Shown in pieces: positions 26,709 to 32,519 of a stretch of 32,519 bases of DNA. The DNA lies in the NCBI GenBank assembly GCA_003136615.1, contig PLFA01000153.1, positions 10,998 to 43,516 on the forward strand, written 5' to 3'. The notes under the pieces were generated by a model that did no database searches, was not told the DNA's origin, and was given only the letters and a program-made list of their open reading frames with translations. The stretch comes from Caulobacteraceae bacterium (GTDB lineage: Bacteria; Pseudomonadota; Alphaproteobacteria; Caulobacterales; Caulobacteraceae). The position numbers and the translations under genes are program-made. Positions within the stretch are counted from its first letter, which is position 1. Each line of letters opens with the position of its first letter.

Positions 26709-27394
26709 GCCGCGGGGCCATTTCCAAACAGCAGCTTGTTGTTGGGCCGGGGCCGGAGATGGAACTCGATGGCGTCGGGGCGGTCCTGGAAGAAGAAGGT
26801 GATGTAGAAGGCGGCCATTTTTTCTAGGTAGTGAGCGTTCGCCAAGGGCCCGGCGTCAACGAAGTGAAAGCCGGCGTCGGTGACAATGGATGCCGCGGTG
26901 AGCTTGGCGGCGGCGTCATCGCTGGCCACGCCCATGGTGATGGGGCCATCCACGACGGTCGGATCAGCCATGATGCGAAAATTGGTGGTGTTGAAAGCCT
27001 TGGCCACCGCCGCTCCGGGGGCCCATTCCTGGATCAGCTCGGCCGCCGAGTGGGGCACATCCACCTCGAATTCGAGGCCGTTCTCGTAACGTAAGGGGTT
27101 GGTGGCGTCGAAGATCACCTTGCCGGTGAGATCGCCGAGGCTGGCGATCGCCGCGCGGGCCTGCGCCCACGGAATGGCGAAGAGGATGAGGCGCGCGGCG
27201 GCGGCCGCCTGCGGCGGGGTCATGAGGCAGGCGGCGGGGCCGCTGTCAGCCACCAGTTCGGCGAGACCCTCCCGGGCATGATCGCGGGCGCCATAGATGA
27301 TGGGCCACCCGGCCTTCCCCAGGCGACGACCGAGCGGCGCGCCGACGCGGCCAGGACCGATCACGGCAATGGGCTCTCTTCGCGTCTCAGCCAT
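26705..27394 (-). CDS. NADPH-dependent F420-reductase-like oxidoreductase
   Basis: IAVIGPGRVG Rossmann motif, AIPW, DATNPL, VAKAFNT, VDAGPL. True start ATG 27394 overlaps the hydrolase end. Confidence 0.88.
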   Translation of the reverse strand: MAETRREPIAVIGPGRVGAPLGRRLGKAGWPIIYGARDHAREGLAELVADSGPAACLMTPPQAAAAARLILFAIPWAQARAAIASLGDLTGKVIFDATNPLRYENGLEFEVDVPHSAAELIQEWAPGAAVAKAFNTTNFRIMADPTVVDGPITMGVASDDAAAKLTAASIVTDAGFHFVDAGPLANAHYLEKMAAFYITFFFQDRPDAIEFHLRPRPNNKLLFGNGPAA

Positions 27395-28220
27395 GGTCCG
27401 GCCCCATATCGAGGAAGTCGTTGATCGCGGCCGCGATGGCCCCAGGTGCGATCTCGAAGGCGTCGCGGTTGAGATCGGGCAGGTCAATGATCTCCGCGCG
27501 CGAGAAGAGGGGCACGGCGCCGAGGGTCCAGGCGCGCAGGGCCTCATTGATGAAGAGGAGGCGCACGGCCTGGCGGATTTTCGGGATTTGGATCTCGGCG
27601 GGGTATTGCGAGAGCGCGTCATAGGCGCGCCAGGCGTGGGTGAAGCCGGCCATGGCGTCGGCGAATTTGCACTGGGCCGCCGCGAGGCTGGCGCCCGTCG
27701 AGCGCGCGCCGGCGATGGCGTTCCAATAGGGCGTGAGGTGGCCGCCATCCTCGGCGAGGATTGGGGCCTTGGCCATGGGGGCGAAGACCGTCGCCCGCGC
27801 CGCCGGCTCCTGAAAAGGCAGGCCGGCGAGAACAAGGCGTCGCACGCGATCGGGCTGCTGCACCGCCATCTCCACGGCGATCATGGCGCCGGTGTGGAAA
27901 CCCATAAGATCAAACTTAGACTCCTCGAGGTTTAGCTCCTCCACAGCGTGCGCCAGGGCGCGGGCATAGTCTTCCAGTCTCGTGGGTCCGGGCGGCGGGG
28001 CGGAGGCGCCAAAGCCTGGCGTGTCCACGGCGATGAGCTGTCGGCCCGGCGCCATGACCTGCATGAGGGCGTGGTAATAGGCGCCGGAATAGGGCGAGGG
28101 GTGCAGCAGAACCAGAGGCGCCCTCCCCGCCACGGGCGGCGTCATCCAGACATGCATCTGGCCGAAGGGGCCGTCGACGAACGCGCGTCGAAACCTTGGC
28201 GTTTCAGGCCGCGCCGTCAT
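27387..28220 (-). CDS. Alpha/beta-hydrolase-fold protein with non-canonical catalytic residues
   Basis: PLVLLHPSP, AVDTPGFGAS, elbow GFHTGA, PDRVRRLVL. Confidence 0.88.
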   Translation of the reverse strand: MTARPETPRFRRAFVDGPFGQMHVWMTPPVAGRAPLVLLHPSPYSGAYYHALMQVMAPGRQLIAVDTPGFGASAPPPGPTRLEDYARALAHAVEELNLEESKFDLMGFHTGAMIAVEMAVQQPDRVRRLVLAGLPFQEPAARATVFAPMAKAPILAEDGGHLTPYWNAIAGARSTGASLAAAQCKFADAMAGFTHAWRAYDALSQYPAEIQIPKIRQAVRLLFINEALRAWTLGAVPLFSRAEIIDLPDLNRDAFEIAPGAIAAAINDFLDMGPDHG

Positions 28221-29556
28221 CGCTCGCGGTCAATTCGGCCATGCGACGATAGGGCGCCCGGGAGACGGCGAACATAGTGAAGCTCAAGACGCCCGTAACC
28301 CCGAACACGACCGCCAAGGCGGGTCCGAGCCCCTTTGGCCCTTGGAAGAGATGGTCGGAGAGATAGCCCACGGCCAGCGGGCCGAGGGACAGGGAGATCA
28401 GGCCGGTTGAAAGGGTGAAGAGGGCGATCACCTGCCCGCGCAAGGGGCCCGGCGTGACCCGGTTCAGGGCGGTCAAGGTGGAGACGGCGACGCAATTGGT
28501 GGCGAGGCTTAAGAGGCAATAGAAGACGACGGCGGGAATGGCGCCGGCGATCAGACTCGCCACGACGCCCATGATCGTGAACCAGACCACGCCCCAGAGG
28601 GGCACCAGGACCGAGGCGTCCGCGCGGCCGCGCTTTTCCAGCCAGGCCGCCATCCAGCCGCTGCCGACGCAGCTGGCGATGCCGCACGGGACACCGAAGG
28701 TTCCGAGAAGGCCGCCCACCTCGGGCGCCGTCATCCCATGGCCCCGGATCAGCAGGCTGGGGAACCAGGCCACCAGGGCGTAGATGGCCGTCGTGTTGAG
28801 CACCGCCCCGGCGATGACGCCGAAATAGACGCGCGGGGCGCCCGCGAGCTGTTTCCACAGGGGCGCGAGGGAGACCGGCGGACGGACGTCCCCTAAGTTC
28901 CGGCGCGGCGGCTCTTTGACCGTCAGGGCAAAGATCAAGCCGACCACGAGGCCGGGCGCGCCGATCAACAGAAAGGCGATCTTCCAGGTCGCCAGGCGCC
29001 CGAACACAGCCGGATCGTCAAGGCGAAGATGGGTCGCGAAGGCTATCGCAGCGCCCCCCAGCAGGAAGGCCATGGCCGAGCCGATAGAAGTGCCGATGGC
29101 GTAGACGCCATAGGCCCGCGGCCGCGCCTTGACGGGAAAGGAATCCGCGATCATGGAGGCGCCGGCCGGGCTCAAGGTCGCCTCCCCGGCCCCGACGCCA
29201 ATGCGGGCGAGGAAGAGGGCCGGAAAGCCGCTGGCGAGGCCGCACGCCATGGTGGCCGCGCTCCAGACGGTGATGCCTAGCGTCACGAGATTGCGCCGGT
29301 TGGTCCGGTCGGCGAGGAGCCCGAGCGGCAGGCCGAGGACGCCATAGAACAGGGCGAAGGCGAAGCCCTGGAGCAGGCCCATGAGGCTGTCGGAGATGTG
29401 AAGGTCCGCCTCGATGGGTTGGACGAGGAGCCCCAGGCCAATCCGGTCGACGATGGAAAAGGCGTAAGCTGTCATCAGGGCGATGACGACCCACCAGGCG
29501 CGGAGCGGGGCGGGAAAGGCAGGCGTGATCGCCAGGGGCCGGGCCGTATCTGTCAT
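28204..29556 (-). CDS. MFS transporter (spinster-like)
   Basis: FSIVDR..LGLLVQPI, GLLADRTNRR, ARIGVGAGEA, WKIAFLLIGAPG, KEPPRR. Confidence 0.93.
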   Translation of the reverse strand: MTDTARPLAITPAFPAPLRAWWVVIALMTAYAFSIVDRIGLGLLVQPIEADLHISDSLMGLLQGFAFALFYGVLGLPLGLLADRTNRRNLVTLGITVWSAATMACGLASGFPALFLARIGVGAGEATLSPAGASMIADSFPVKARPRAYGVYAIGTSIGSAMAFLLGGAAIAFATHLRLDDPAVFGRLATWKIAFLLIGAPGLVVGLIFALTVKEPPRRNLGDVRPPVSLAPLWKQLAGAPRVYFGVIAGAVLNTTAIYALVAWFPSLLIRGHGMTAPEVGGLLGTFGVPCGIASCVGSGWMAAWLEKRGRADASVLVPLWGVVWFTIMGVVASLIAGAIPAVVFYCLLSLATNCVAVSTLTALNRVTPGPLRGQVIALFTLSTGLISLSLGPLAVGYLSDHLFQGPKGLGPALAVVFGVTGVLSFTMFAVSRAPYRRMAELTASDDGAA

Positions 29557-29726
29557 GGCCTTGACTTCGCATTCTTAGCGCAAGGCCGCAAAGCCCCTTG
29601 GCCGCGCTGTTCAAGGCGCGGGCAGCGGGGTGAGCGGAAGCGGCCCGGAGATAAGTTACAGATATTTAATCTCTCCGGTCGGCAGGGGTCCTTAAGGTGA
29701 AGGTGGTTTAGGTGAAGGTTGTCAGC

Positions 29727-32519
29727 ATGAAGGTTCGGGTCGTTTCCGTCTCCCTACTGGTCTTGAGCGTCGCGCTCGGGGCCAAGGCGGCTCTGCCCCG
29801 GTTTCCCCAGCCCTATGGGGACCGGATCGTCTTTGTGGCGGATGGGAATATCTGGACGGTGGCCAAGACCGGCGGGACCGCTGAGAGGCTGACCAGCGCG
29901 GGCGGCCAGGACATGTTTCCGCGGGTTTCGCCGGATGGGAAATGGATCGCCTATACCGAGGCCAGCAACGCCGGAACGGATGTGTGGGTCATCCCGGCCA
30001 CGGGCGGGACGGCGCGCCGGCTGACCTTTCATCCGACCACGGAGGCCGGGACCGGCGGCCGGCATGGGCCGGATAATATGGTCGTCACCTGGACCCCGGA
30101 TTCCCAGAATGTCGTCTATCTGACCAAGGCGGACCAGTGGAACAGCTGGATCCAATATATGTATGAGGTCCCGGTGGCGGGGGGCGCGCCCAAGGCCATG
30201 CCCATCGACAGCGCCGTGGGCCTGGCGACCTTTGGCCCTGATGGTCACACCATCGCCTATAACCGCATCTTCCGGAATTTCCGCACCTGGAAGCGCTACA
30301 ACGGCGGCCTGGCGCAGCAGGTTTTCACCTATGATTTCAATACTAAGGCGCTGAACCAGATCACCAATTGGTCCGGAACCAACACCTCGCCCATGTGGTA
30401 CGGGGGCAAGATCTATTACCTCTCCGACCAGGATAAAAACCGGCGGGCCAATATCTGGGTCTATGATTTCGCCGCCAAATCGACCCGCGAAGTCACCCAC
30501 TTCAGCGATTATGATATTGATTTCCCGGCGCTCGGGAGCGACGCCATCGCCTTTCAGGACGGCGGCAAGCTTTACCGGCTGGACTTGCCCAGCGAACAGC
30601 TTTCCGAAGTTCCGGTAAGCGTGCCCGATGATAACGCGCGCACCCGGGTTCATGTGGCGGACGTTAAGGATGACGTGCGCGACGGCGATCCCGCCGGACA
30701 GATCGATTTCGCCCTGGCGCCCAATGGCAAGCGGACCCTGTTTTCCGCGCGGGGCGATATCTTCAGCGTGCCAAGCGAATACGGCGCCACGCGCGATCTG
30801 ACGGACACCCAGGGTATCGACGAGGACCACCCCGCCTGGTCGCCGGACGGGCGGATGATCGCCTATACGACCGATGTGGGGGGCGGTCAGCAGATCGCGG
30901 TGCGCCCGGCCGAGGGCGGCGCGGAGAAGGTGCTCACCCACTTCAAGACGGGCTATTTTTACGGCCCGGTCTTCTCGCCGGATGGCAAACTCATCGCCTT
31001 CGGCGACGTGGCGCACGACCTCTGGCTGGTCGGGGCGGACGGCGGCGCGCCCAAGCAGATCGCCCAGGACAAGCTGCGGGAAATTCATGACCAGGTCTTT
31101 TCGCCCGATGGGCGGTGGCTGGCCTTCAGCCAATCGGCCGGCAATGCGCGGCGAGACCTCTATCTCTATGAGATTGCCTCGGGAAAGCTGACCAGGCTCG
31201 GGAATGGCGGCGAGGTGGACTACGGACCGGTCTGGTCGGGGGACGGCAAGGACCTCTATTTCGTCTCAAACCGGCACGAGAACACCGTGCCCTCGGATAT
31301 CGAGTTCGATTTCGAGGTGGTGAAGTCCAACGGCATCTATGCGATCCCTCTGGCCAAGGACACGGCCTCTCCTGTCGCGCCCAAGTCCGACGAGGCCGAC
31401 AGCGGCCCGCCGGAAGGGGCAAAAGCGGCAAAGCCCGGCGCCGGCGACAAGGGCAAGGCGCCGCCCAAGGACCAGAGCGGCAAGGGCGAGCCCGCGCCGG
31501 CGGCCGCCGGCCTTATCCCCCCGATCCACATCGACCTCGACGGCCTCATGGCGCGGGCCGTGGCCCTGCCGATCGAGCCCTCGGAAATCGGCCAGATGGA
31601 TGCGCGGGGAGACCGCATCTATTACCTCACCCAGCCCATCGGCACGCTGGACGGGCCGCTAAAAGGCGAGAGCTCGGCCCTGCACTTCTATGATGTGGGC
31701 AAGCGCAAGGACGCGGTCATCGCGGAGGACGTGGACGCCTATTCCCTCTCGCAGGATGGGGAACGGGTGCTGATCAAACATGGGCCGACCTACACCGTGG
31801 TCGACACCAAGGCCGACGCCATGAAGGATGCCGACACCAGGAAGGTGCTGAACCTTAGCCACATGCGGGTTCTGGTCGATCCCAAGGTCGAATGGGCGGA
31901 GATGTTCGACAACGCCTGGCGCCTGGAACGGGATGGGTTCTTCTCCCCGGTCATGAACGGCGTGGACTGGCAGGCGGAGCATGACCGCTATGTCAAACTT
32001 CTGCCGCTGCTCGGCTCGCGCGAGGATCTCAACTATCTCATCGGCCAGATGATCGGCGAGATCAGCAACTCCCACACCTATGTGGGCGGGGGCGATGACG
32101 GCGATACGGGCCCCAAGGTCCATCCGGCCTTGTTGGGCGCGGACTGGGCGCTGGATACGGCTTCGGGCCGTTATCGTCTGGCCACGATCTATCCTGGCGA
32201 CAATACGCGGGAAGATTATCGCAGCCCCCTCGTCCAGCCGGGTCTGAACATCAAGGCCGGCGACTATGTGCTGGCGATCAATGGCGTGGACCTTCGGGCG
32301 CCCGCCACGCCCGATTCTCTGCTTCAGCTCGATGACGCCCAAACCACGGTGGATCTGACCATTGCGGGCAGCCTGGACGGGACTCCGCGCCACGTGGTGG
32401 TGAAGCCCGTCAGCGCCGAGATCAGCCTGCGCGAGGCGGCCTGGATCACCCATAATCGGGAGGAGGTGGACCGGCTTTCCGGCGGCAAGGTCGGCTATGT
32501 CTATATGTCCGACATGGAG
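29727..32519 (+). CDS. Tricorn-type S41 protease with signal peptide; runs off the 3' end of the window
   Basis: Manual translation: MKVRVVSVSLLLVLSVALGAKAALPRFPQPYGDRIVFVADGNIW..., repeated SPDG propeller motifs, FRTWKRYNGG, EWAEMFDNAWRLERD, EISNSHTY, a PDZ-like segment, ending GKVGYVYMSDME. Absent from the ORF track because there is no stop in the window. Confidence 0.93.
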   Translation, partial: MKVRVVSVSLLVLSVALGAKAALPRFPQPYGDRIVFVADGNIWTVAKTGGTAERLTSAGGQDMFPRVSPDGKWIAYTEASNAGTDVWVIPATGGTARRLTFHPTTEAGTGGRHGPDNMVVTWTPDSQNVVYLTKADQWNSWIQYMYEVPVAGGAPKAMPIDSAVGLATFGPDGHTIAYNRIFRNFRTWKRYNGGLAQQVFTYDFNTKALNQITNWSGTNTSPMWYGGKIYYLSDQDKNRRANIWVYDFAAKSTREVTHFSDYDIDFPALGSDAIAFQDGGKLYRLDLPSEQLSEVPVSVPDDNARTRVHVADVKDDVRDGDPAGQIDFALAPNGKRTLFSARGDIFSVPSEYGATRDLTDTQGIDEDHPAWSPDGRMIAYTTDVGGGQQIAVRPAEGGAEKVLTHFKTGYFYGPVFSPDGKLIAFGDVAHDLWLVGADGGAPKQIAQDKLREIHDQVFSPDGRWLAFSQSAGNARRDLYLYEIASGKLTRLGNGGEVDYGPVWSGDGKDLYFVSNRHENTVPSDIEFDFEVVKSNGIYAIPLAKDTASPVAPKSDEADSGPPEGAKAAKPGAGDKGKAPPKDQSGKGEPAPAAAGLIPPIHIDLDGLMARAVALPIEPSEIGQMDARGDRIYYLTQPIGTLDGPLKGESSALHFYDVGKRKDAVIAEDVDAYSLSQDGERVLIKHGPTYTVVDTKADAMKDADTRKVLNLSHMRVLVDPKVEWAEMFDNAWRLERDGFFSPVMNGVDWQAEHDRYVKLLPLLGSREDLNYLIGQMIGEISNSHTYVGGGDDGDTGPKVHPALLGADWALDTASGRYRLATIYPGDNTREDYRSPLVQPGLNIKAGDYVLAINGVDLRAPATPDSLLQLDDAQTTVDLTIAGSLDGTPRHVVVKPVSAEISLREAAWITHNREEVDRLSGGKVGYVYMSDME

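Noticed and set aside
27395-27835. N-terminal extension of the 376-aa reductase ORF
   Set aside because: Low-complexity alternate frame inside the hydrolase gene; the real start is ATG 27394.
29652-29670. Possible CtrA box in the AT-rich core
   Set aside because: TTAC-N6-TTAA does not fit TTAA-N7-TTAA.
29754-32453. Minus-strand ORFs of 459, 264 and about 100 aa
   Set aside because: Antisense to the tricorn protease frame.

Overview
High-GC alphaproteobacterial chromosomal DNA (Caulobacteraceae-like by inference from gene content and a CIR/BRU-RS-type repeat). From left to right: (1) 3' part of a glutaryl-7-ACA-acylase-like Ntn hydrolase; (2) a ~1.8 kb decayed accessory patch holding a coding remnant, an AT-rich membrane protein gene, an intact HTH antitoxin, a toxin reduced to its C-terminus and fused to a palindromic operator, and a truncated MFS gene; (3) a LysR-linked organosulfur cluster (SsuC/SsuB-like ABC, thiol dioxygenase, four-domain rhodanese, LLM monooxygenase, two SsuA-like binding proteins, peroxiredoxin-like protein) whose three promoters share a 39-bp motif; (4) an EmrA/EmrB/NodT tripartite efflux pump with an ICMT-like methyltransferase upstream; (5) ribD plus a ribA with a degenerate RibB domain, without ribE/ribH, next to cytochrome b561 and a processive GT2; (6) GST; (7) beta-phosphoglucomutase plus GH65; (8) an overlapping MFS / non-canonical alpha/beta hydrolase / NADPH reductase / Tat-exported VOC operon; (9) the 5' part of a tricorn protease that is missing from the ORF track. 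No rRNA, tRNA, CRISPR array or intact transposase was seen. Protein family calls come from motif recognition by eye, not database searches.
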